Positions 26,495 to 38,885 of a stretch of 64,000 bases of DNA are shown here, one piece after another (position 1 is the first letter of the stretch; each line of letters opens with the position of its first letter). The translations under genes and the position numbers were made by a program. This DNA comes from Malacoraja senta. Its lineage: Eukaryota. The notes below the pieces were generated by a model that ran no database searches, was not told the DNA's origin, and worked only from the letters and a program-made list of their open reading frames with translations. The stretch lies in assembly GCA_038087875.1 (NCBI GenBank), contig CM075982.1:12400001-12464000 (forward strand), read 5' to 3'.

Positions 26495-26931
26495 AAAATA
26501 ACTGTTGCTTTCAAAGTCTATTTTCTGCTGCATCGCAAGCATGGTTATTTTTTTATATATGCAAATGAAATATGAATATAAAAAACTAGCAATATTAAAA
26601 GAAACAAGAAAAAATGTTTATAAAGCAAAAGTTGCTAGTTATACACAGGTCAGCCTGAGTATGTAAAGAATAAAAGCAACATTTCAGAACAATTCCTTGC
26701 TACTTTACAGATATTACCTGGCCTACTCTATATGCCAGTTTATTTTCATATTTCCAGCATTTGCATTGTTTTATCCCCCCAAAAGTTCACATGATTGCAG
26801 CAGTAAAATACCTTGCAGTAATTATAAGAACTCAGTAACCACTGCAGCCATGGGTGGATTTATGAGTTGCAGCTAATATGACAGCACCTGCAATCTTGAA
26901 TTTAAAATTCCTACAGGAACTTAACATTCAT

Positions 26932-28284
26932 TTATTTGCTTCTGAAACTGAACAAGATCACAAATCCTGTAATAGCCATAAGAGTCACTGTCATCTCCAT
27001 TAGCTTTTGAAGATTCCATCTTTTTTCCAAGTTTTCCCTATTTTTGCGATGCTGCTTCCTTCTCAAGCGAAGTAACTGCTCCATCTCCAGTTGTTTTCCA
27101 TAATGAGCCTTGTAGAACTCATCGAAATTGAACTTTGATTTCCCATCATTTAACGTATCTTCTGAACTTTCAGCCTGTGGTTGTTTTACTGTTGAGACTC
27201 GGAGTTTGTTTGAACGTTTTTTACCAACATGCAAATCTGCAGGAGTCAGAATTCCTCGATCGTACTTTTTCCTTAGGCTCACACAGCCCAACACTGAATA
27301 TGCTTCATTGATTTGAGTAAACCTCAATGCTGCCACCTCACTGCCTGCATTTCTATCTGGATGGTAAATGAATGATTGCTTGTAGTAAGCAGACTTGATC
27401 TGACTATGTGTAGCATTTGGAGACACTTTCAAAATATCATAGTATATTGTGCTGTTCCCTCGTGGAAGAGGGACAGCATTATTTTCACCAAAATAACTCT
27501 TATCATTCTTATAGTAGCCATACATTCTGCATTGCTGTAATGATTTGATGCCAGAATAACGAAGATGAAGATGTTGCCTACCGTCCAGAAGAAACGCACA
27601 AGTGTTTGAGCTGAATAACTGCTGAAACATCTGGATCGAAAGACCACTACGGCATTTGTCATTCACCCCCTGAAAAGTCAAAGCATGACAGGACCAACCA
27701 TTTGCACAGTTGGCAAGTCTTTTAGTTGTGCGAGTATGACTGAAACTGAGGGTATCAACCAAAGGCCCGCAGTCAGCAGTCATGAGAAATTCCGTTCTTC
27801 CACCCATTTCACTTGGCTTCAATGAAGGGCATTCTTTGCTTAGTATCCCAGCTGGGCAAACCGTCGCAGATTTTAGCCGTGTTGGGTAGAAGGGCAACAC
27901 AGCGAGGATTTCGGAGAGGAATTCCACTGCGCGGCCCCCAGCCTTTGCCGGTCCCCACCTGGCACTGTTTCTGACAGATAACAGTGGCAGCCACGGCTCC
28001 AACTTTGCGGCCATCGCCCTTCTCTGGACACACTGCCCCAGAGCAAGAGGGCAAGATGAAGGCGCGCCCCCAACACAGCGCGCACCCGGCGGTGCTCGCC
28101 GGCCGTTGGTTCCCGAACGGCCAAATGACCTTTGCCGAACAATTGCTGCCGTGGATCCCGGGTTATTCCCCGGACCCCGGCTGCACCTCAGGCTGCTGCT
28201 GCCAACGATAACTTTCTTTGTCCAGTCCCCCATGTCCCGGCCACAGTACAGCATCACACTCTGGCCGGCACACACCAGCGCCAT
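26932..28284 (-). CDS. DNAJC30: DNAJC30, mitochondrial J-domain protein, single exon (true start may be Met91 at 28014 or later)
   Basis: J domain YYDILKVSPNATHSQIKSAYYKQSFIYHPDRNAG...LRKKYDRG, FNFDEFYKAHYGKQL motif, C-terminal hydrophobic helix; intronless; next to VPS37D. Confidence 0.9.
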   Translation of the reverse strand: MALVCAGQSVMLYCGRDMGDWTKKVIVGSSSLRCSRGPGNNPGSTAAIVRQRSFGRSGTNGRRAPPGARCVGGAPSSCPLALGQCVQRRAMAAKLEPWLPLLSVRNSARWGPAKAGGRAVEFLSEILAVLPFYPTRLKSATVCPAGILSKECPSLKPSEMGGRTEFLMTADCGPLVDTLSFSHTRTTKRLANCANGWSCHALTFQGVNDKCRSGLSIQMFQQLFSSNTCAFLLDGRQHLHLRYSGIKSLQQCRMYGYYKNDKSYFGENNAVPLPRGNSTIYYDILKVSPNATHSQIKSAYYKQSFIYHPDRNAGSEVAALRFTQINEAYSVLGCVSLRKKYDRGILTPADLHVGKKRSNKLRVSTVKQPQAESSEDTLNDGKSKFNFDEFYKAHYGKQLEMEQLLRLRRKQHRKNRENLEKRWNLQKLMEMTVTLMAITGFVILFSFRSK

Positions 28285-28430
28285 CTTGCCCGGCCCACAT
28301 CAGCGGGGCGGGAACCTCATCCCGACTGATAACCGCCTGAATCTATCGCCCATCGAAGACAGCGCCTCATGAACACGTATGTACAGTGCTGACAAATGCG
28401 CCTGAAAATCTTCACTCAGTTCCGCCCACA
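28275..28430 (-). promoter_or_regulatory. DNAJC30 CpG-rich promoter/start region
   Basis: AAGATGGCG (YY1-type) over the first ATG, GC boxes ggggcggg and ccgccc, CpG-rich from about 27900. Confidence 0.55.
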
Positions 28431-28477
28431 TTATTCCGATTGACAGCTCAACCGACCAAGAAACAATTGTCAAACTG

Positions 28478-29120
28478 CAGTTAGGCACCAAAATGCTGGA
28501 GTAACTCAGCGGGTCAGGCAGCAGGAGAGGTCAGGCAGCATCTCTGGAGAAAAGGAATAGGTGACGTTTCTTCAGATTGAGTTCTCCGACTAGTTCACTG
28601 TCTTTCTGATTAATTTTACTGATTGTATGCCTCCTTGTCACCTTCCCTCAGCTAACAATGAACCATTCTACATCTCCTTAGCATCGTCTGCTTTGATCTG
28701 CCGTTTTCACACCTTTCCCGTTCAGCTCTCTAGTTTCCCTTTCCCCTGACTCAGTCTGAAGAAGGGTCTCGACCTGACACGTCACCCATTCCTTCTCTCT
28801 GGAGATGCTGCCTGTCCCGCTGAGTTACTTCAGCATTTTGTGTCTATCTTTGGTATAAACCAGCAACTGCAGTTCCTTCCTAAACAATTGTCAAACTGTA
28901 GAAACTGGAGTAACTCAGCGGGTCAGGCAGCATCTCTGGAGAAAAAGAATAGGCAATGTTTGTGGTCAAGACCCTTCTTCAGACTGAGAGACAGGGGAAA
29001 GGGAAACGAGAGATATAGACGGTGATATAGAGAGATATAAAACCAATGAATGAAAGATAGGCAAAAAAGTAACGATGATCAAGGAAACAGTCCATTGTTG
29101 GCTGTGGGCTGGATGTTAAC
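28478..29120. mobile_element. Penelope-derived terminal repeat cluster
   Basis: Same repeat family in both orientations; 17-bp direct repeat aaacaattgtcaaactg (28461-28477, 28882-28898). Confidence 0.75.
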
Positions 29121-29460
29121 GAGTTAACGCATGCCCAGCAATATCTGCCAGTTTCCAGGGAAATAATCGCAACACCGCATTCCTCTTATTTATTTGTATT
29201 TCTGCAAAATATTATTTCTCACACAGCCATCAGCTCTCCTTTGTTTGTTTCTGGCATTGACATACACCAAGGGATAATTCACAGTTGCCAATTAACTTAG
29301 TACCACATCTTTGGGATGTCATGCCAACTCCACATAAAAAACACCCAAAAGCAGCAAACTTGGATTTCTGGAGCTGTTAAGCAGCAGACATATCTGCTGT
29401 ACCACTGGACCTTCAGTCCCATCAAGGATATTCTTATCGTCCCACATCGACCTCGTCGAC

Positions 29461-29971
29461 AAGGAAGGACATTCTTGCTATTGAGGGAGTGCAGCGTAGG
29501 TTCACAAGGTTAATTCCCGGGATGGCGGGACTGTCATATGCTGAGAGAATGGAGCGGCTGGGCTTGTATACTCTGGAATTTAGGATGAGAGGGGATCTTA
29601 TTGAAACATATAAGATTATTAAGGGTTTGGACACGCTAGAGGCAGGAAACATGTTCCCGATGTTGGGGGAGTCCAGGGGCCACAGTAAGAATAAGGGGTA
29701 AGGCATTTAGAACGGAGATGAGGAAACACGTTTTCACACAGAGAGTTGTGAGTCTGTGGAATTCTCTGCCTCAGAGGTGGAGGCCGGTTCTCTGGATCTC
29801 TCTCTTTCAAGAGAGAGCTTGATTGGGCTCATAAAGATAGCGGAGTCAGGGGATATGGGGAGAAGGCAGGAATGGAGTACTGACTGTGGATGATCAGCCA
29901 TGATCACATTGAATGGCGGCGCTGGCTCGAAGGGCCGAATGGCCTACTTCTGCACCTATTGTCTATTGTCT
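29461..29971 (+). mobile_element. CR1 LINE 3' end
   Basis: VQRRFTRLIPGMAGLSYAERMERLGLYTLEFR plus the CR1 3' UTR. Confidence 0.9.
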
Positions 29972-30022
29972 CCAGTCAGAACCCAGAGTCTGGATTGAAA
30001 GCAAGTCATCTTCGATCCTGGG

Positions 30023-30218
30023 GATAGACACAAAAAGCTAGAGTAACTCAGCGGGACAGGCAGCATCTCTGGAGAGAAGGAATGGGTCTGAAGAAGTGTC
30101 TCGACCCGAAACGTCACCCATTCCTTCTCTCCAGAGATGCTGCCTATCCTGCTGAGTTACTCCATTTTTTTGTGTCTATCCTCGGCTTAAACCGCCATCT
30201 GCAGTTTCTTCTTACACA
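30023..30218 (+). mobile_element. Penelope-derived fold-back element enclosing a hammerhead core (30088-30115)
   Basis: ~65-bp inverted arms (30023-30087 and 30116-30180) directly flank CTGAAGA...GAAACGTC. Confidence 0.8.
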
Positions 30219-30669
30219 TTCGGTCCCGGGGGAATCACATGTGAACTTTCTCAAACTTATTTGGCAAACTTTTCAGGTTATAAAGATGGAAAATAGACAT
30301 GATGATTGATTTTGCAATATGAAATGTATTAACATCCCGTATTAAAACATGCGAAATAAAAGCATATTTCGGGCGGTATCTATCATGATAAACATGTTAA
30401 AATATTTGGCCAATTGTATTGTTTACCATTTACTTGATAGATTTTTTTAAATGTGGCTAATCACGTTTTATTAAGTATATTAACAATATTAGCATGATGC
30501 TAAGAATTGCAAGAAGTTTCCGACCAACTTTTCCTAATCTCTCCACTATCTGGTTCCCACCTATTTCCATGTTTGTGCGAAGCTTGTGTAAGCCATGTAT
30601 TAGCAAGCAGTTGTTGCATAAGTATAAACTCGGTGCAAATCAATCAGGCATTTCTTGTAATATGTCAAT

Positions 30670-31200
<531 letters not shown>

Positions 31201-31319
31201 TCTCCCGCTTGCTAAACACTTTAACTCCCCCTTCAATTCCCATACTCGCCTTTCTGTCCTGGGCCTCCTAAAACTGTCAGGCTGAGGCCCAATGTAAATT
31301 GAAGGAGCAGCACCTCATA

Positions 31320-31935
31320 GAAACATAGAAAATAGGTGCAGGAGTAGGCCATTCGGCCCTTCGAGCCTGCACCGCCATTCAATATGATCATGGCTGATCA
31401 TCCAACTCAGTATCCTGTACCTGCTTTCTCGCCATACCCCCTGATCCCTTTAGCCACAAGGGCCACATCTAACTCCCTCTTAAATATAGCCAATGAACTG
31501 GCCTCAACTACCTTCTGTGGCAGAGAATTCCAGAGATTCACCACTCTCTGTGTGAAAAATGTTTTCCTCATCTCGGTCCTAAAAGATTTCCCCCTTATCC
31601 TTAAACTGTGACCCGCTGTTCTGGACTTCCCCAACATCGGGAACAATCTTCCTGCATCTAGCCTGTCCAACCCCTTAAGAATTTTGTACGTTTCTATAAG
31701 ATCCCCCCTCAATCTTCTAAATTCTAGCGAGTACAAACCGAGTCTATCCAGTCTTTCTTCATATGAAAGTCCTGACATCCCAGGAATCAGTCTGGTGAAC
31801 CTTCTCTGTACTCCCTCTATGGCAAGAATGTCGTTCCTCAGATTAGGAGACCAAAACTGTACGCAATACTCCAGGTGTGGTCTCACCAAGACCCTGTACA
31901 ACTGCAGTAGAATCTCCCTGCTCCTATACTCAAAT
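31320..31935 (-). mobile_element. young CR1 LINE 3' fragment
   Basis: Open 164-aa ORF LVRPHLEYCVQFWSP...GYGEKAGTGY; flanking cctcata repeat (31313-31319, 31936-31942). Confidence 0.92.
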
Positions 31936-32095
31936 CCTCATATTTCGTTTGGGCAGCTTACAATTTCAAGTAGCCATTGCTTTCCCTCTCTCTCCCTCCC
32001 TCTCCCATCCTTGTTCTCCGACTTGATTCACTGACCACCTGATTACATTTTTACTGATTGTATACCTCGTTTGCATCATCCCCTCAGCTAACAAT

Positions 32096-32842
32096 CAGAT
32101 TCAGAATCACAATTTATTCGCCAAGTATGTTTTACAACATACGAGGAATTTCATTGGCCAGGTCAGTCATACAATTAAAAGCAACAAATCACTCAAAAAC
32201 ACATTTTAACATGAACATCCACCTACACATTCCTCACTGTGATGGAAGGCGAAATAAAGTTCAAGTCCTTCCTTGTGTTCTTCCTCGGTCGGGAGCCTCG
32301 AGCCCTCCGTTGACGGGATGGTCTTGACTCCCGTAGCTGGCGGCGTTCAGGCCCTCTGCATCGACGCGTTCAGCTCCTGCATCGGGGGAATGTCAGCTTT
32401 CCCGTGCCGGGCGATCGAACCTCGCGTAGGGGCTGGTCGAGACTTCCGCAGCGTTGGAGCTCCTGACTAGTCTCTCCCGAGACCGCGAGACCTTGATGGT
32501 AAGTCCACTGTGGTCGCGGTGGGAGAGATCCCAGGCAAGGGATCAGCTCCGATGTTAAGTCCGCGCCCGTGGTGGGGCTCACGACAGTCCGAGGCGGCTC
32601 CCAGCTCCAGCGATGGTAGGCTGCAGAGCCCGGAGAATGTGATCCGAAAATTTATAACATCTCCGGGAAGGTAAGAACTTGAAAAAAGTTTCCCCCGATT
32701 TCCCCCCCCCCCCCCTCCCCCCCACATAAAACAAACCAAAGAACATTAAAACCATCTTTTAACAAACTAAAAAATAACAAATAGAAAGAAAAAACGAACA
32801 GACTGTCGGCGGGGCTGCCATCTCCCCAGCGCCCCTGGTGGT
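32096..32842 (-). mobile_element. GC-rich non-autonomous retroposon (family shared with 59690-60290)
   Basis: gattcaga-type tail plus tttatt; shared motif cctcactgtgatggaaggcga; caat flanks. Confidence 0.55.
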
Positions 32843-32905
32843 CAATGAACCATTCTACATTTCCTTGACCATCCTCTGCTTTGCTTGGTCATTTTCACAC
32901 CTTAC

Positions 32906-33568
32906 CAGGCACGGTAATCACTATCAAAACAAGGGGGAGGGGACACAATTTCTCGGCGGCCACACGCGCATGTGCACACACGCACACGCGAGGCTTCGGC
33001 CATGGGCCTTGTGGACGGTAACATCGGAAGCTGACCTGGTTGGTGACCGACTCCAAACTCCAGCAACAGCAGCTTTGTCTGCCCCGAATCGTGGGGCTTC
33101 AATCATCCCGTTCGCGGGGGCTTCAACATCGGGAGCCTCGATCGCCTCGACGCAGCAATCTGACCGTGGGGCGGAGGAAGATCCCGCGGCCAGCCGCGCC
33201 GGGCGATAAAAAGCCCCGCGAACGGGCCGATTCAAGCTCCGCTCTATGATCTTTGCTCCACCAGGACGTCTCATTCTCCAATCACCGCGCTCTATCCTCA
33301 GTCCCACCCCCCCTACTTCCGCCTCTGACCGACACCTCCCTCCTCCAATCATCGCGCTAAATCATTATGGGCCCCCCCCAGTGCCTGCTGACCGATGTCT
33401 CTCTCGTCCAATCGGCGCCCACGATCCCGCGGAAAGCGGAGATTTTTAATAGCTTTTTTTTACAGTTTTAAAATATGGATTACAAAACGGGGGGGGGGGA
33501 TCATCCCCCACCTCTCAAAACATGGGGGGGACATGTCTCCCCCTTGGCCCCCTGGATTTCCGCCCCTG
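32906..33568. mobile_element. hAT-type MITE, copy 1
   Basis: CAGG...CCTG termini; degenerate 8-bp TSD caccttac/ccccttgc. Confidence 0.7.
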
Positions 33569-33747
33569 CCCCTTGCATTTCTCTAGTCTCCTTCTCCCCT
33601 GACTCTCTGTCTGAAGAATGATCTTGACCCGAAAAGTCACCCGTTCCTTCTCTCCAGAGATGCTGCCTGTCCCGCTGAGTTACTCCAACATTTTGTGTCT
33701 ATCTACGGTTTAATTGATCTGGCAAGAGCCCCCCCCACCTCCCCCCC

Positions 33748-33748
33748 C

Positions 33749-33776
<28 letters not shown>
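33748..33776. repeat. (CA)n microsatellite
   Basis: Directly visible. Confidence 0.9.
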
Positions 33777-33779
<3 letters not shown>

Positions 33780-34171
33780 TGGCAGAGTTCTGATGCTTGT
33801 GTCAAGTGGAGTCGAACGCACTGTAGTCTCAGTTGTGGTCAGGGTGGAGCTGTCCCTGCACTCCCGCTCGAAATGCTGATCAGTCTCTTTCATACTGTTG
33901 GCATCTGTGTAACGCTTGTATTCTGTACAGCCATCATCCTGCAGGAATGTACTTCCTGACCATTGCATAAGAAGAGAGGGTGGTTTAGCTTCTCAAGCCT
34001 GTCCCACCCATACCTCCGGTCAACACATATGCCTTTTCCCTAATAAATAATATTTGACTGCAAATACTGGAAATCGAAAAGTAAAGCAGTACATCATGGA
34101 AACTCTCAGCAGGTAAACCAATGCTTCTAGAATTTCCTGTTTTTACCATTTTCCCCAAATATGTGTGAAAC

Positions 34172-34890
34172 CAGGGGCGGAAAAACCCAGGGGGGCCAGA
34201 GGGGACACGTCCCCCCCCTCCCATGTTTTGAGAGTTGGGGGACATCCCCCCCCAAGTTTTTGTGATCCGTATTTTTAAATCTCCGCTTTCCACGAGACAG
34301 TGGGGGTGGGACTGATGATCGAGGGCGCCGATTGGACAAGAGAGACGTCGGTCAGCAGGCAATGGGGGCGGGACATGATGATTCAGCGCGATGATTGGAG
34401 GAGGGAGGAGTGGGGGGGTGGGACTGAGGAGAGAGTGCGGCGATTGGAGGAGGAAGACGTGGCACAGACTTGCGCCTCATCCGCAGGCAGGATCGATCCC
34501 TGCCGGCTCTCCGGCGCTGTCCCGTCCCCACCCGAGTGCCCCCCACGGGTGGCCAGAGAGGTCGGGAGTCAGACGCGAGCTGTGCCCCCTGGCCCACAGC
34601 CAGCGCAGAGAAACAGCCCTAAACCCAGCTCAACTCTGCCTGTCCCGCCAGGTGATCCTGCCTGGACTTGCGGGAAATATGGCCAGCGCGGAGAAGCAGT
34701 GCTGGTGTCCCGTCAGTCCAGCCAGGGCGTTAGTTAACCCGGTGAGACAGGCAGAGTTGAGCTGCAATTAGCGCTGGATTGAGCCTCCGAAGCCTCGCGC
34801 GCCTGTGTGTGAGTGTGCGCATGCGCGCGCGGCTGCCAAAAAATTGTGTCCCCCGTCCCCTCCATGTTTTGATAGCGATTTCCGCTCTTG
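34172..34890. mobile_element. hAT-type MITE, copy 2 (inverted relative to copy 1)
   Basis: caggggcggaaa / tttccgctcttg TIRs; perfect 8-bp TSD tgtgaaac (34164-34171, 34891-34898). Confidence 0.85.
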
Positions 34891-35553
34891 TGTGAAACCT
34901 TTGTTTTTCAGAATCTATCCGTCTTGGAATTAAAATTAATAATAATCATTTGCTGTTTGCAAAAGTTCATTTTAACTTGACTTGCCCTCTTCATTTCTTC
35001 CAAATACATTCTCGAATGGTCAGCATTAATTGGTAGACTGTGTTTTAGGATTTAACCTTTTCAACCAGGTGTAATTTTACTGTCGATCAATGCTATCAAT
35101 TTCCTTTAATGTCTTAAATTTAAATCAAATTTAACTTTCCAGGCAAACCAATCCTAGTTTTTGCAATATCTTGGTATGATTTAATGGAGTCCATGCAATT
35201 TACCAAACCCCAAAAAAATGGTTTCTGATTTGACAGTAGTTTGGAATGTTGCAGTTAGTATCTGCATTGTTCTTGCCTTTCCCTTGAAGATCTGTGATGA
35301 TAACATCTGTTTCTGTGATCTCAATAGCTATTATTTTATTTGCTTTAATCTTGGTAAATTACTGTCCTTTTTATCTTTATCAGGTTGATCAATACTTTTT
35401 ATCTATGCTAAATATTGAAGCCAAGTTAATATTCCACTTGATTGAGCAATTTTTTTCGTAATTTGCAATTTCACTGTTATCTATTTTAGATTAACCTGTT
35501 GTACTCTAGGGCACCCTTTTTCACCTAAAACAGTGAAAATGCATTTTCATCAT

Positions 35554-35665
35554 TCTGAAGAATTTCATCAGTCTGAAGAAGGGTTTCGGCCCAAAACGTT
35601 GCCTATTTCCTTCGCTCCATAGATGCTGCTGCACCCGCTGAGTTTCTCCAGCACTTTTGTCCACC
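35554..35665 (+). mobile_element. 112-bp Penelope terminal-repeat insertion with a mutated hammerhead core
   Basis: 15-bp TSD atgcattttcatcat (35539-35553, 35666-35680). Confidence 0.8.
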
Positions 35666-36694
35666 ATGCATTTTCATCATCTCCATTTAGCTTTACTATT
35701 ATTTGTCGTTAGCATATCAACACTGTTCATTATAGGCTGTTACCCAAAAGTAAATCATAGTACCAATGACCCTGATTCAAGGCACAGATATTTACTTTCT
35801 TGCTTTTTTTTACCTGAACCCTCTCCTCCAGCATGCCCCATTTCACTATGAAACTTGTATGGCCACACAAAGTACTCTAGAATAACAATAACATTTATAT
35901 TTTTTGGGTATGGAAGAGAGGCCCCATAGCACACTTTTGCAACTGAGGCAATAGAAATACTCAAGGAAATGTGTGTGCATGTTGCATATCTGGTGTATGT
36001 TGCTGAGATGTTGAGGTAGATTATTACATTTCGGAGGGTTATATGATGTGGTGTTTCTTTGAGAAGAAGTGTCCTGACAATAAAGAAACCACCCCTTAGT
36101 AGCTTTTTATTATAATCTTGTTTTGTAGGTTATTTTAAGAACCACTCATCCAATATATTTCTATATTCATTCGTCTTACAGTTGTGTTTTACAATTTTTT
36201 AACAAAGCAAATACAGAATACAAATCTATGCCTGTTCCCCTTGTTAGGTATTTGACTCCTGATATGGACATCTGATTGACTTCCTGACTGCATTGCCTCG
36301 GCGCACAGTTGAAGTTCTTGGGATGCTTACAAGGTCTTTGGTAGCTGTGAGACATGATGGCATCATAGGGTAGAGAATTATAAATTCAAGAGCACCTGAT
36401 CTCGACTTGTGTTGTTGAGAAGGTTGCGAAACACTTGCAGCGCTAATTTCTCTCCCACTTTAACTGCTGAGATGTCTGTGCCAACGTTGTCAGCATTTCT
36501 TGAGATGTGTTATTCTTGCTTAATCTATGTGGTATCCAGAAAGTGGGCTGTGAGATTATATTGATGGTGACTGCACTCTGTGTTATAGATCATACAACAT
36601 GGAAACAGGCCCTTTAGCCCACCGTCCATGCCAAGCATAAAGCACCTGTTTACCATAAATCCTACGCCAATCCCAGTTTTGTTCTCCACACGTT

Positions 36695-37555
36695 TTTTTT
36701 AATTTCCGAAAATAAACTAGTCAGAATAAAAAATATATACAAAACAAGAACTGTGTAAAAATTCTTCTGACATTCTCAGCCTCTATACATACGTTCATTT
36801 GCATTGTATTTGGTAGTGTTTACAGAACTATCATTGCACTGGGCACCCTTGCCACACATGTGGCCTCATGGGGTGATATCCCTTCCCTCGTTTGAGGGGT
36901 GCTTCCACCACACCCTGCCCTCCAATGTGCAGTAGCTGAAGGATCCCAGACTGTGGTCTTCCCCCACAGAGCCGTGGCGTTGCCTGCACCAAGGTTTAGT
37001 GCATCCCTCAGCATATACTCCTGCAGTCTGGAATGGGCCAGTCGGCACCATTCCCTGTCGGACATCTCACTCTGCTGTGAGATCAACAAGTTTTGGGCAG
37101 ACCTAAGAGCATCTTTCACTGAGTTGATGACCTTTCAGCAGCCCTTGATATCCATCTATGAAGGTGGCCCTGGGAACAGTCCCTAATTTAGACTGTTACG
37201 GAGCTTTTCGGAATAAACCATGACAAGGACCCTTGCATTTTTCTCCAGACTCCCTTTACAAATCCACACCCTGCGGAGAGGTGGGCAACCGTCTCCTCTA
37301 CGTAGCAGCCATCCCGAGGGCAACTTGCGATGGTAGTAAGATTCCATCGCAAGAAGGATCTGACTTGAAAGGCCCCATTCACCGCCAGCCAAGTGAGGTC
37401 TTGCTGCTTGTTGGTGAGTTCTGGTGATGAGACATTTCGCCAGACAGGCTGGGCAGTCTGCTTAGGGAACCATGCCACAGGATCCATCAAGTCCTTTTCC
37501 TGCAGTGTCTGCAGAATGTTCTGTGGTGACCACTACCTGATAGACTATTTTCAAC
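36695..37555 (-). mobile_element. Tx1/L1-clade LINE 3' fragment
   Basis: WRNVSSPELTNKQQDLTWLAV...SCPRDGCYVEETVAHLSAGC zinc-knuckle region; poly-A end. Confidence 0.7.
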
Positions 37556-38231
37556 AATTTCCTTGAGGATCTATCATCAACATGCTCGGAAAAGTTTGCG
37601 GTGGTCAATTAAGCTACCAATCTGCATGTCCTTTGGGACGTGGAAGGAAACGAGCATCTGAGGGATATTCAAATATGTTTTTTCAAATTTTATAGTGATT
37701 TTGAATTTTGGGTGGATTATTTTGGATGGTAGTAGACTTGCAGCGCACGTGGGATTGACCAAGCTTGGGGACAAATATTTATTTTTCTTTGTATCAGATC
37801 GATCATGTTTGATTTTGCAAATAGTAAGTTGGTATAACAGCTTTTTCAATTGTGTTATGTTTGTATTTGGCCCCTTGGTAAAGCAACAGTGTCTAACTCC
37901 TGTGAATAAGTAATGAACTGAGGTTTACAGGAGCGAGAAATTTACAAGCACTGCTAATTGCTGATCTTCCTTCGGTCACTGATTGATATCGGTAACAAAT
38001 GGCTGGGGATTTTTAAAAAAATGTTTTACATAGCCATTTAATATTTTTTATTACATGTGGCAAATTCTATCATTTTGTTTTGGAAATTTATGTTGGGAAT
38101 TCTGATTTCTTGATGTTATTTTGTATTTATTGTCGCCTAGGTTGGCATTTTTGCTATTTTGGATTTTTTTCTATGTGGTTTGGAACTTATTGAAATCCAG
38201 TATGTATATAAATTGATCACATATACTATAA

Positions 38232-38360
<129 letters not shown>

Positions 38361-38399
38361 TAGTCATTCATTTAATTGTTGTAAAAATTAAAATATCAA

Positions 38400-38885
38400 G
38401 AGTGTTTAATTGTCATATGTCCAGAAACATAATAATAACAGCACAACATTGTACTCTGTAAACACCATAATAAACATCAAAAAAGTTCAGTATGTAAAAA
38501 CAAAAACAATAATAGTGCAAAGATAAGAACAATGTCTCCAAGTCTATGTGGTTGGGAGCTTAGTTGGAGATTGTTGTGTTTAATAGCCTGATGGATGTTG
38601 GGAAGAAGCTGCTCCTGAACCTGAACTTACAGTTTTCTGGCCCCTATACTTTATTCCCAATGGCCGGAGTGAAATGAGAGCGTGGCCAGGGTGGTGTGGG
38701 TCTCTGATGATGAGACTTGTGTCTTTTTGAGACAGCGACTCCTGTAGATCCCTTCAATGGTGGGGAAGTCAATACCTGTGATGGACTGAGCAGCCATTGT
38801 TCAATATTTTTTGCAATTCTTCGTTCCTGGGCGTTTGAGTTGTTGAACCAGACCATGATCCAACCAGTCAATATGCTCTCTGTAT
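38400..38885 (-). mobile_element. Rex1/Babar-type LINE 3' end
   Basis: Similar to 20480-20970 (gggaagaagctg...cctg). Confidence 0.6.

Noticed and set aside
32829-32842. CTCF-like ccaccaggggcgct on the minus strand
   Set aside because: One G short of the consensus and inside a TE
32273-34771. Many 60-145 aa GC-rich ORFs
   Set aside because: All lie within MITE or retroposon sequence with no protein motifs
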